A stretch of DNA of 64,000 bases from Haliotis cracherodii (Eukaryota). Location: assembly GCF_022045235.1 (NCBI RefSeq), contig NW_027266319.1, positions 55,862,001 through 55,926,000 of the forward strand. The letters are read 5' to 3'. The first letter of the stretch is position 1. Every line of letters begins with the position of its first letter. This document shows positions 50,834 through 64,000 of this stretch, piece after piece. The position numbers and the translations under genes are program-made. A model generated the notes under the pieces. It searched no databases. It saw only the letters and a program-made list of their open reading frames with translations, and was not told the DNA's origin.

Positions 50834-52967
50834 CTTGGGATGTATTCTGCAGTGAAAATAAATTCTTTTAGCGAGTGAGCGAGTTGGGTTTAACGCAGCT
50901 ATTAACAGTTATATCACGGCGTGTCAGCTTAATATGGGAGGGAAGGCCGCAGTGATGCAGGTTTTAGACGTTTACCACTTCGGCGAAACCCACGAGCACG
51001 GGTATGGTGCTTACAAACTTAGAAACATAACCGGGGTGAACCGGGATTCCAACCCACAATCTGGCGTGCCCAAGGAACGCAACTCAGCACCGCGAATTGC
51101 GGCGCCTTAGACGACTGAGCCCCCCGTGCCCCACTGAATTGTTTTAAGAAGCCGCATTCTCATGTGGGTGTGATTATTGTTGCTGATTGTCTTATGAAAC
51201 GCTGATTGCTTAAGATGTAATGGGTTTGACGACTGACTATCATTACAAACAATTAAATCCTCAGTTAAATCCACATTTTGTAACCAATGCCAACTGAAAT
51301 GATAAGTTACACGTAAACTAATCAGACAGATAGTATTACTCACCAGGAGGACACGAGACAGGTCACAGTTGTTATGAATGTCGTGTCCCTGGTATTTATA
51401 CATTCTTTCCATTCATCAACCCGTGAAGTGAATCTGTTGCCAAAATATGTTAAGTGCCTGTTTGACAGAAACGTGCAAATGTAAATATGAAAAGAGATAA
51501 GTATCTACTTAGTCCACACCTCTTAATTGTCCTCTTTACGAGGGCTGTGTGTGAAGTGTATTTGTGTGTGATATCTATTTTTTTAAATTGTTTGAGAATA
51601 TTTAAAAGAAACTTATCACACCTCCATGTCAGAATATTCAGATCTAATTGGTTCATGTGATACTGATAAAATTCTATGTATTTCCAGTGGGAGGGAAATA
51701 CATTTCTGAGTGGGAAAATACCCCGACATGAAAAAAACAGGCTGCACGTGTATTTATGAGCGAGGCCATATATATTGCACCCTGCTACGAAGCACAAAGC
51801 TGCACATTGTTTACGAGTCAAAGAATGACACGAGAAACATCACTAGTTACCCTTAGCTCATTCGAGCAGTGGTTTTCTATCTGTTTTCAATTTGTTTTAA
51901 TTTTTAATCGCTGTGGCAGTATCACACGGGGTATATGTGAATTTGTGCGTCCCACGTTAGGTTTTAAACCACGAGCTGGATACTGCTACAATTTCTTATA
52001 TTTGTGTACCAGAGGTGTATATGGCCATCTCTGAGAAAAATATATTTTCCATTCAGCAAACACTGGAAGCCTTCAATTTGTAGATCCAAAATAAAAGAAA
52101 CCAAAACATTGGCATGTTTATAGAAAGCATCTTGTCGGTTACAATTTTTACACTGAAAGCACAGTTGTATGTAAACTTGTAAACTTAAATATTCTCAAAC
52201 AATTTTTTTTAAAATAAATATCACACACAAATACACTTCACACACATCCCTCGTAAAGAGGACAATTAGGAGGTGTGGACTAAGTAGATACTTATCTCTT
52301 TTCATATTTACATTTGCACGTTTCTGTCAAACAGGCACTTAACATATTTTGGCAACAGATTCACTTCACGGGTTGATGAATGGAAAGAATGTATAAATAC
52401 CAGGGACACGACATTCATAACAACTGTGACCTGTCTCGTGTCCTTCTGGTAAGTAATACTTTAGGCACTATCTGTCTGATTAGTTTACGTGTAACTTATC
52501 ATTTCAGTTGGCATTGGTTACAAAATGTGGATTTAACTGAGGATTTAATTGTTTGTAATGATAGTCAGTCGTCAAATCCATTACATCTTAAGCAATCAGC
52601 GTTTCATAAGGCAATCAGCAACAATAATCACACCCACATGAGAATGCGGCTTCTTAAAACAATTCAGTGGGGCACGGGGAGCTCAGTCGTCTAAGGCGCC
52701 GCTATTCGCGGTGCTGAGTTGCGTTCCTTGGGCACGCCAGATTGTGGGTTGGAATCCCGGTTCACCCCGGTTATGTTTCTAAGTTTGTAAGCACCATACC
52801 CGTGCTCGTGGGTTTCGCCGAAGTGGTAAACGTCTAAAACCTGCATCACTGCGGCCTTCCCTCCCATATTAAGCTGACACGCCGTGATATAACTGTTAAT
52901 AGCTGCGTTAAACCCAACTCGCTCACTCGCTAAAAGAATTTATTTTCACTGCAGAATACATCCCAAG

Positions 52968-54077
52968 ATGCGTTTGTTCCTTGTCCTCCTGCTTGTGGCC
53001 ATAGTCTCCATCCCTCAGTCTGATGCCTGGGGACGACGGAGACGACGGTTCGTTAGATGGCGCACAGTTGGCACAATAGCACGGATTGGAGCCAGGGTGT
53101 TGTTGGGTGAGTGAAGCCAAAGAGTACTTCATTAAGTGCCTGACATACAGTATCTTCTATTTTCCCAAACTGTACTGGAGTTACGGATTAAGTTATAGAA
53201 CAATGAGCGGCTGTAGTAGGACCAAATCGGTGATGTATCAAGTACATTAACGTCTCTCTTTTACATCAGGTTCAAATGAAAGTAATAAATTAAATGCCTA
53301 AAAGGCCAACTCTGCTTTCAGTGTAAAAATTGTAACCGACAAGATGCTTTCTATAATCATGCAGTTGTGTAGACCGATGCTCATGATATAAGTTACTGGA
53401 TTGTCTGTGCCACACCCAGTTATTTAAGGACCACTGTCGTTAAGCACTACAGAATGAGACAAGATGTTGTTCGTTATTTGTTTTGATGTAAATCTTAGTC
53501 AGCCAGCCGAAGAGCTATATACATGTACGATGACGATTTGAAATGGAAACGTGTATATGTTTTGGAATGTTACTGTAGATGTATATAAATATGTTCATTT
53601 GATATCAATACTCATAGCCTGATTAAAAGTGACCACTATCTCATATTCCTTAACCGAAAATGCATTCGTGTTCTTTCATTTTGTATCTTTCCAAACATGA
53701 CTATTTTCATTCAAGGCAAACGTAATGTGGATAACCTTGATACAAACATGGACGGCACAATTGACCTGTCCGAAGCTGAGACGCTAATGGACAGACGATC
53801 GGCCATGGAGCTCCTTTCGTTCTCAGATGAAAATGGTAAGAGCTTTTGCCTACAACTTCATTGATACAAATGAAATGTTTATTACTTTTAAAATAATGTA
53901 ATTATTTGTCAAGTTTTTGTATTTTTTTACTCTCATGGGTAATGTGGACCCTTTTCCCGAATAAATCTGACTCCTGAACATTTATTCTGACTGACTGCAA
54001 CAACCTTTCTCCATTTAGGAGACTCAAGCGTGAGTTTGGAAGAGTTCGCAAGGAACATCAACAACTTGGAGCAGTGA
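52968..54077 (+). CDS. Secreted cationic peptide / EF-hand precursor, copy 4
   Basis: Exons 52968-53106, 53716-53835, 54019-54077; intact. K39R, and C-terminal FARNINNLEQ (S>N). Confidence 0.86.
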
Positions 54078-54678
54078 GTCAAATGTAAGGTGGAGCAAAT
54101 CTTACTGCAATGATCCGTTTTATACAGTAGAAACCGTCATCCGTTCAACATAACTGTATCTGAAAATGTATGCTTCAGCAATAATTTCATGTCAAATATG
54201 CCAAGATCATATGATTTGATGTATTTCTTTTGTAGATCACTCCATTGAAGAGACACTGGCATCGCACTTTGAAGGCGATTTCGAGGATGTATTCCTGAAT
54301 AGTGTTCCCACAAGTCAATAGTTTCAATAAATAATTATAACAATCACCTTTGTTGTGTCTTGCTCATTAAAGACGTCTTTACAGGTGTCATTTCAGACAA
54401 CAGGTGATCCAATATGTAATGCTTGTATCTGATTTCTAATGTGTTCACTGCCACCATCTCGTTCAACATAATATTGATCTGCAATCGTACAACAACATAA
54501 TCAGCAAAATGTATATTATATCAAGTATATCTGATATACAATATTTGTTTTGTTTGTTGTTTGTTTAATCGTACAACATTACCAGCAAAGGTAGTTCCTC
54601 AAAAGGAGTTATGACATTAGCATATGTATGTTCACATTGTTCTACACTGACATCTTTTGCAGTTTTTAAAAAAATATA

Positions 54679-54819
54679 NNNNNNNNNNNNNNNNNNNNNN
54701 NNNNNNNNNNNNNNNNNNNNNNNNNNNNNNNNNNNNNNNNNNNNNNNNNNNNNNNNNNNNNNNNNNNNNNNNNNNNNNNNNNNNNNNNNNNNNNNNNNNN
54801 NNNNNNNNNNNNNNNNNNN
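54679..54819. other. Assembly gap (others at 18766-18907 and 55858-55990)
   Basis: Runs of N. Confidence 1.
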
Positions 54820-56968
54820 TCATAAGTAGATTATCACAGTTTCAAATTAAATCAAGTTGAGAGCATGTAAAAGACAACAACAACACAATATAAAAAAACG
54901 GACAAGGAACCGTAGGGACGATACTTCTGCCACCTGCACGGTTCCCCAGCAGATTTGACACTATCCCTTCAGCTGCTGGCAAGTGTAGTCAGTTTAATCC
55001 ACCAGTTAAAACTAACAAATATACTACGCTTATAAATGTGATAGTTTAAATTTACTTTAAAAGAGGTGGAACGTATATATCCTCTCAGGGGGACACTGAT
55101 ATCAGATTCTTTATTCTCCATAGACCACCGACGGTGGTACAACAGCATACATAAAGTACAGAGATAAATATAATATGTACATCAAGACGGCTGTGTGCAT
55201 TTAGAGTTAGCATTCAAGGTGTTAAATACAAATAATACATATACATTATGCATGTGGAACGTATGTACCCTATCAGGGGGACACTGATATCACTGTACTT
55301 GGATTCAACCACAAACAATCTCTATTTTTTTAAAAACATGTTTTCAAATTCGCAACTGAGATTGTTTGTGGTTGAATCCAAGTACAGTGATATCAGTGTC
55401 CCCCTGAGAGGGTACATACGTTCCACATGCATAATGTATATGTATTATTTGTATTTAACACCTTGAATGCTAACTCTAAATGCACACAGCCGTCTTGATG
55501 TACATATTATATTTATCTCTGTACTTTAAGTATGCTCTTGTACCACCGTCGGTGGTCTATGGAGAATAAAGAATCTGATATCAGTGTCCCCCTGAGAGGG
55601 TACATACGTTCCACATCTTTCAAAGTAAATTTAAACTGTCACATTTATAAGTGTAGTATATTTGTTAGTTTTAACTGGTGGATTAAACTGACTACACTTG
55701 CCAGCAGCTGAAGGGATAGTGTCAATTCTGCTGGGGAACCGTGCAGGTGGCAGAAGTATCGTCCCTACGGTTCCTTGTCCGTTTTTTATATTGTGTTGTT
55801 GTTGTCTTTTACATGCTCTCAACTTGATTTAATTTGAAACTGTGATAATCTACTTATNNNNNNNNNNNNNNNNNNNNNNNNNNNNNNNNNNNNNNNNNNN
55901 NNNNNNNNNNNNNNNNNNNNNNNNNNNNNNNNNNNNNNNNNNNNNNNNNNNNNNNNNNNNNNNNNNNNNNNNNNNNNNNNNNNNNNNNNNTTGTCATGAT
56001 ATGACTGAAATAGTGTATTGTCGATGTGACGTTAACATTGAACTATCTCACTCACTCGCTTAACATAACGAGCCGTGAAGATCCGGGATAGAATAGGTCT
56101 TCAGCAAACCATAAGGCGACCATGCTTGTCGTAAGAAGCGACTAACGGGATCGGGTGGTTAGGCTTGCTGACTTGGTTGATGCATGTCATCGAATACCAA
56201 TTGCGAGGAATTATTTTCATGATATTAATCACTGGATTGTCTGGTCCATACTCGATTATTTACAGACCGCCGTCACATAGCTGGAATATTGCTGAGTGCG
56301 GCGTTCAACAACAAACAAACACTTAAATATCATATACCTTTCTCATCTCATGATGATATTATTTGAATATATTTTTTTTTAAACTGCAAAAGATGTCAGT
56401 GTAGAACAATGTGAACATACATATGCTCATGTCATAACTCCTTTTGAGGAACTACCTTTGCTGGTATTGTTGTACGATTAAACAAACAACAGACAAAACA
56501 AATATTGTATATGCGATATACTTGATATAATATACATTTTGCTGATTATGTTGTTGTACGATTGCAGATCAATATTATGTTGAACGAGATGGTGGCAGTG
56601 AACACATTAGAAATCAGATACAAGCATTACATATTGGATCACCTGTTGTCTGAAATGACACCTGTAAAGACGTCTTTAATGAGCAAGACACAACAAAGGT
56701 GATTGTTATAATTATTTATTGAAACTATTGACTTGTGGGAACACTATTCAGGAATACATCCTCGAAATCGCCTTCAAAGTGCGATGCCAGTGTCTCTTCA
56801 ATAGAGTGATCTACAAAAGAAATACATCAAATCATATGATCTTGGCATATTTGACATGAAATTATTGCTGAAGCATACATTTTCAGATACAGTTATGTTG
56901 AACGGATGATGGTTTCTACTGTATAAAACGGATCATTGCAGTAAGATTTGCTCCACCTTACATTTGAC

Positions 56969-58184
56969 TCACTGCTCCAAGTTGTTGATGCTCCTTGCGA
57001 ACTCTTCCAAACTCACGCTTGAGTCTCCTAAATGGAGAAAGGTTGTTGCAGTCAGTCAAAATAAATGTTCAGGAGTCAGATTTATTCGGGAAAAGGGTCC
57101 ACATTACCCATGAGCGACAAAACAAATACAAACACTTGACAAATAATTACCTTAATTTGAACATTTCATTTGTATAAATGAAGTTGAAGGCAAAAGCTCT
57201 TACCATTTTCATCTAAGAACGAAAGGAGCTCCATGGCCGATCGTCTGTCCATTAGCGTCTCAGCTTCGGATAGGTCAATTGTGCCGTCCATGTTTGTATC
57301 AAGGTTATCCACATTACGTTTGCCTTGAATGAAAATAGTCATGTTTGGAAAGATACAAAATGAAAGAACACGAATGCATTTTCGGTTAAGGAATATGAGA
57401 TAGTGGTCACTTTTAATCAGGCTATGAGTATTGATATCAAATGAATATATTTATATACATCTACAGTAACATTCCAAAACATATACTCGTTTCCATTTCA
57501 AATCGTCATCGTATGTAGCTCTTCGGCTGGCTGTCTAAGATTTACATCAAAACAAATAACGAACAACATTCTGTCTCATTCTGTAGTGCTTAATGACATG
57601 ATCACATTTTCATTATGTTCGTTTTCTAGATTAGACTAGTCCATGTAATATTTTCATACATTCAAAAACAATGTTCGGTGTCCGTTTTCGTTCAGCAATA
57701 TTCCAGGTAATATAACAGTGGGACTTAAATAACTGGGTGTGGCACAGACAATCCAGTGACTTATATCATGAGCATCGGTCTACACAACTGCATGATTATA
57801 GAAAGCATCTTGTCGGTTACAATTTTTACACTGAAAGCAGAGTTGGCCTTTTAGGCATTTAATTTATTACTTTCATATGAACCTGATGTAAAAGAAAGAC
57901 GTTAATGTACTTGATACATCATCGATTTGGTCCTATCACAGCCGCTCATTGTTCTATAACTTAAACCGTAACTCCATTACAGTTTGGGAAAATAGAAGAA
58001 ACTGTATGTCAGGCACTTAATGAAGTACTCTTTGACTTCGCTCACCCAACAACACCCTGGCTCCAATCTTTGCTATTGTGCCAACTGTGCGCCATCTAAC
58101 GAACCGTCGTCTCCGTCGTCCCCAAGCATCAGACTGAGGGATGGAGACTATGGCCACAAGCAGGAGGACAAGGAACAAACGCAT
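56969..58184 (-). CDS. Secreted cationic peptide / EF-hand precursor, copy 5
   Basis: Exons 58184-58046, 57323-57204, 57027-56969; intact. K39, and LSFLDEN (S>L before EF-hand 2). Confidence 0.86.
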
Positions 58185-59974
58185 CTTGGGATGTATTCTG
58201 CAGTGAAAATAAATTCTTTTAGCGTGTGAGCGAGTTGGGTTTAACGCAGCTATTAACAGTTATATCACGGCGTGTCAGCTTAATATGGGAGGGAAGGCCG
58301 CAGTGATGCAGGTTTTAGACGTTTACCACTTCGGCGAAACCCACGAGCACGGGTATGGTGCTTACAAACTTAGAAACATAACCGGGGTGAACCGGGATTC
58401 CAACCCACAATCTGGCGTGCCCAAGGAACGCAACTCAGCACCGCGAATTGCGGCGCCTGAGACGACTGAGCCCCCCGTGCCCCACTGAATTGTTTTAAGA
58501 AGCCGCATTCTCATGTGGGTGTGATTATTGTTGCTGATTGCCTTATGAAACGCTGATTGCTTAAGATGTAATGGATTTGACGACTGACTATCATTACAAA
58601 CAATTAAATCCTCAGTTAAATCCACATTTTGTAACCAATGCCAACTGAAATGATAAGTTACACGTAAACTAATCAGACAGATAGTGCATAAAGTATTACT
58701 CACCAGAAGGACACGAGACAGGTCACAGTTGTTATGAATGTCGTGTCCCTGGTATTTATACATTCTTTCCGTTCATCAACCCGTGAAGTGAATCTGTTGC
58801 CAAAATATGTTAAGTGCCTGTTTGACAGAAACGTGCAAATGTAAATATGAAAAGAGATAAGTATCTACTTAGTCCACGCCTCCTAATTGTCCTCTTTACG
58901 AGGGCTGTGTGTGAAGTGTATTTGTGTGTGATATCTATTTTTTTAAATTGTTTGAGAATATTTAAAAGAAACTTATCACACCTCCATGTCAGAATATTCA
59001 GATCTAATTGGTTCATGTGATACTGATAAAATTCTATGTATCTCAAGTGGGAGGGAAATATATTTCTGAGTGGGAAAATATATCCCTTATTCCCCGACAT
59101 GAAAAAAACAGGCTGCACGTGTATTTATGAGCGAGGCCATATATATTGCACCCTACTACGAAGCACAAAGCTGCACATTGTTTACGAGTCAAAGAATGAC
59201 ACGAGAGACATCACTAGTTACCCTTAGCTCATTCGAGCAGTGGTTTTCGATCTGTTTTCAATTTGTCTTAATTTTTAATCGCTGTGGCAGTATCACACAG
59301 GGTATATGTGAATTTGTGCGTCCCACGTTAGGTTTTAAACCACGAGCTGGATACTGCTACAACTTCTAATATTTGTGTACCAGAGGTGTATATGGCCATC
59401 CCTGAGAAAAATATATTTTCCATTCACAAAACACTGGAAGCCTTCAAAACAACTGATGCATGAAAATACCACTGGGTCACAGGTCAATTAAATTTATTGT
59501 ATAAGCGCACTTTACAGATATTGTCTCGGTGGGGCGTCCTCTGGCCACTTTGGTTCAGCTGCTGTCACATCTGTCAATCACTTTAACATACATCACAGGG
59601 GAAAGGTCAACAAGAAAGGTGACATCGATTTCGAGTAGTTCACATAAGTTTGATAAATACATGATGCCTATGTTTGAAGTAATTTGTTACTTATTGAATA
59701 TTGAGTCACGGTCAAAAAATTGTTTTCTATTCCTCCTTGTAATGACAAACATGTTTATACCATATCGCCATAGCTTGAAACTTAAAAAACACTTGGGACA
59801 GAGAATTCGAAATTCGTCGTAGTTCTTAAGTTCTTAAATGTGTACCCGAGTCTGTAAATGTGTACGTGAGGCTATTGTTGTGTATAGAATACAGCACTTA
59901 AGTAACTGTTAGGTCTTCAAATCTGCACATACACCATTTCGCAAACTACAATGTATATTTATCTATGCTGTAAA

Positions 59975-62900
59975 AAGCCTGCACGTCAGTCTACACGTCA
60001 GCCTTCACAAAGTACTGAACATGCAAATATTCAAAAAAAGGAAAGGAAACGACAAAACAAAAAACAAACTCAAAGAAGCGCATCTCCTCTTGAGGTACCT
60101 CTTACTAACTCGTTTGGACCTCTGGATATGGAGGTGACCCTGTCTTCCGATGACAGAGGTAGAAATTCTTCTTCCTCACGACCACGTGAGAGGTCACCTA
60201 TTGAACCACCGTGACTCCATCAAATAACCTACTCCAATGGAATTGCAAAGGATTTTAAACCGTCTGCTTTATGTCTACAGGAGACATACCTTAAAAGTAC
60301 TGACAAATTTGATATTAGGCAGTATAACTGTCATCATTCATATTCTCCTCCAGGCGACAAAGCAACTGGAGGGTCATCTATTTTGGTGAGACAGGGCGTG
60401 ATTCACAGCCCTGTTTCTATCAATTCAAATCTTCAAGCTGTTGCTGTTCGTTTAACTTTGAACATTGTCTTTACTCTGTGTTCCTTGTATATTCCTCCAT
60501 CCACTATGCTTCAACAAACAGATCTTCAAAATCTATATGATCAGCTACCCAAGCCATGCATCATCGTGGGTGATTTGAATGGACACAACCCTTTATGGGG
60601 AAGTGTTACCACAAACAATAAAGGGAAAATACTTGAGGAATTCATTTCAGATAATAATTTATGTATCTGTAATGATGATTCAAACACTTATTTACATCCA
60701 GCCACTGGAACGTACTCATCTCTTGATCTGTCTCTCAACGATTCAAATCTATTTAATGAATTTGACTGGTCGGTCCATGATGACCTCTGCGGAAGTGATC
60801 ACTTTCCCACCATTCTTAAAGCTGTGAACCCGAATCCTGAAAACTCGACATCCAGGTGGAATTTTAAGAAGGCCGATTGGTCATTATATGAAATATTGTG
60901 CACTGCAAAATTAACCCCTCATCATTTTCAAAATGTTGAAGATCCGATTCAATTGTTTTCAGATCAGCTCAATGAAATAGCTGATCAAACAATTCCAAAG
61001 TCCTCTGCAATTCCTCATATTCGCAAACCGTGGTTTACCTACGAATGTAAACAGGCACGGAAGTGTAGGAAGAAAGCGGAAAAGTACTTTCGCCGACATC
61101 CCACAGTTCATAATTTAGATCAAGTAAAAATTACAAATACAAAAGCCAGGCGGGCTTATAAACAAAATAAGTGTCAATCTTGGAGGACCTACGTCTCCAA
61201 AATAAATTCCCGTACTCCTATATCCAAAGTATGGAACATGATCCAAAAAATTAAAGGCAAAGGATCAAAATCTTCTGTTCACCGTTTGAAGGAAGGTGAT
61301 CAGTTATTAACTGATAAATCAGATATTGCCAATAAACTTGGTGAAACATTGGCAAAACATTCGTCATCGTCTAATTATGCCCCTGAATTCATAAAATATC
61401 AGAAACAACAGGAAAAGAAAAATGTTAATTTTAACTCTGATAACGGGGAAGACTATAATGAAGTGTTTTCCTTCCATGAGCTACATACAGCCCTTGGGCA
61501 AGCTCATGATACAGCGGCTGGTGCTGATAATATTCACTATCAGCTCCTGAAACATTTGCCTGATTCATGTCTAGAAACACTATTAGATATATTTGACCAC
61601 ATATGGACGTCGGGGAATTTTCCTCCTTCTTGGCATAATGCCATTGTAGTCCCTATCCCAAAGCCGGGTCGGGATCATACAGATCCATCCAATTACCGTC
61701 CTATATCTTTAACCAGTTGTGTCTGTAAAACCATGGAGCGAATGGTAAATAATAGATTGGTTTGGTTCTTAGAAACCAATAACCTACTAACTAATATTCA
61801 ATGTGGTTTCCGCAAAAATCGAAGTACTATAGATCATTTAGTACGATTGGAATCGTTTGTGAAAAATGCTCTTGTTAACAAACAACATGCTGTGTCAATT
61901 TTTTTCGATCTTGAGAAAGCTTATGACACTACCTTGAAGCATGGCAATTTAAAAGATTTACACGAGTTTGGTCTGAGAGGCCGCTTACCACATTTTATAT
62001 CACAGTTTTTAGCGGGCAGGCAATTTCAAGTCCGAGTGGGTTCAACCCTGTCTGACCATTATAATCAGGATCAGGGTGTCCCACAAGGAAGTATATTGTC
62101 AGTTACTCTATTTAGTATTAAAATCAATAGTCTTTCAAAGGTTTTAAATGATGCAGTAGATGGGTCACTTTTCGTAGATGATTTTAATATATCTTGTCGT
62201 GGTAAAAATATGCACACTATTGAGAGACAGCTACACTTATGCCTCAATAAAATACATAAATGGTGTCTAGAGAATGGGTTTAAGTTCTCTAAAGTCAAAA
62301 CAAACTGTATCCATTTTTGCCGCAAATATAAACCGCATACGGACCCAGAACTGTTTTTGGCTGGTTTTCCTATTAAAGTTGTCAAGGAAGCCAAGTTCTT
62401 GGGTATTATATTTGATAATCATCTAACATTTTTACCACATATAATATGGGGAGGGGATCGGACAACACTCCTTCATTTATATCGTTCTCTCATCCGTTCC
62501 AAACTCGATTATGGCTCCATTATTTATGGTGGTGCCTGTAAAAGCAACTTAAAATTATTGGATTCAGTACATCATCAAGGACTGAGGCTATGTCTTGGTG
62601 CCTTTAGAACTTCACCAGTTGACAGTTTATATGTAGAGGCAGACGAGCCATCTCTTAAACAACGTCGAATTAAACTTTCATTGCAATATGTGACTAAATT
62701 ATACTCAAATCCGTCGAATCCAGCATACGACTGTGTGTTTAATCCCATGTATGAAAATCTATTCCAGTCAAAACCAAAGCTTGTCACCCCTCTAGGGTTC
62801 AGAATTAAGCCACATATTACCGCAGCTACTATTGATCTTTCTACTATCTCACCATACCGGTTACTGTCTACACCTCCTTGGCAACTAGTCAAACCTTAGG

Positions 62901-64000
62901 TAGACCTGACACTAACTACCCTAAAAAAAGCTGATACAAACAAGTTGATTTATCAACAAGAATATGCCCAGTTGCGGTCAAAATATGATACCCATCGCTC
63001 TATTTTTACTGATGGCTCCAAGGATGGTGGCAAAATGTCAAGTGCTACTGTCATTGGATCTAAAAGGGTGTCTTCTAGAATCCCAGATAATAGCTCTATT
63101 TTTACAGCTGAGGCCAATGCTATTCTTATAGCTTTGGACTTCATTCAAAACCAATCATCTCAACAGTTCATCATCTTTTCTGATTCCTTGTCATGCTTTC
63201 AGGCAATACATAATTGTTCTTCAAATCATCCGTTAATACGTGACATTTTAGAATTGAATAATGTTCTCGCCACTGCCCAATACGACATCGTCTTTTGCTG
63301 GTTGCCCAATCATGTTGGCATCGCTGGTAACACTATGGCTGATACTGCTGCAAAGGCAGCCCTCACCAAATCAGTAACACCACTTCTTTTACCATACAGT
63401 GATTACAAGCCAGTAATTCGATGCTACATCAATGATCTGATGCAAAAGAAGTGGAACACCCGAGTGGGTATCAACAAACTTATTGTTATAAAACCATCAA
63501 TAGGGTATATCTACTTGGGTTGCTCTTCAAGACATGATGAAGTTGTTTTGCAACGATGTCGTATTGGACACAGTCGATATACCCACGAGTATCTTTTAAA
63601 AGGTGAGGATCCCCCGTTCTGTGTCCCTTGTGATGAGCGAATCACAGTCAAGCATGTTTTGCTTGACTGTTGATTTTTCTCTCACAAGGGATAAATATTA
63701 TCATTCAACATCTTTAAAGGATCTTTTTTATGATATCAGTGCTCATTTAATTCTCGGTTTTTTAAAAGAAATACTATTATTTGATAAATTTTGAATTGTT
63801 TTAGAATAGTTGGATATTTTTGTCAACTGAGATGTATGTAGGCAGTGCCACTGAGGGGGTTAAAGCAGTGTAAAATTAATGTCCCCTGACAGTGGCACGT
63901 GAGTTCATATATATTGAAGTAATTAATATCAACTAGTGTTTTAATTCCTTGATTGTGTTTTCTTTTTTAATATTGGTTAATATTTCATACAACCACTCGT
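59975..64000 (+). mobile_element. 5'-truncated I/Nimb-like LINE with stops and frameshifts
   Basis: ORF1 tail (RERSPIEPP vs RSRSPVEPP). ORF2 60383-62899 (APE+RT) and 62945-63673 (RNase H). Clearly related to the 5918-11906 element. Confidence 0.9.

Larger units (their letters stand above)
36395..59448. repeat. Segmental amplicon: five near-identical units in alternating orientation (-,+,-,+,-)
   Basis: Near-identical sequence recurs at ~10.2-10.3 kb offset (37081/47300, 40393/50669, 42116/52380) and in inverted form (37672-37857 vs 44300-44485). Confidence 0.9.

Overview
AT-rich, repeat-dense eukaryotic DNA, most likely a mollusc such as an abalone-like gastropod (inferred from the SINE/LINE complement, not proven). 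1-36 kb holds nested transposons: a degraded I/Nimb-type LINE, interrupted by a Tc1 element, itself interrupted by a full-length 6-kb LINE with a 10-bp TSD. It also holds a Polinton-like polB fragment, two elements carrying 171-bp satellite arrays, long-hairpin non-autonomous elements, many SINEs, a three-exon secreted PAN + C-type-lectin-domain gene (17745-26660) and a frameshifted paralogous exon. The highlight is 36.4-59.4 kb, an amplicon of five intact, alternately inverted copies of a spliced gene that the ORF track mostly misses. It encodes a 105-aa precursor: signal peptide, a 26-aa Arg/Trp-rich amphipathic peptide (WGRRRRRFVRWRTVGTIA[K/R]IGARVLL, +9), a G-KR amidation/cleavage signal, and an acidic 56-aa pro-domain with two EF-hands. 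This is a candidate antimicrobial (or shell-matrix) peptide carrying a possible Ca2+-responsive sheath. A second, 5'-truncated LINE ends the window. Three N gaps limit certainty about the amplicon assembly.
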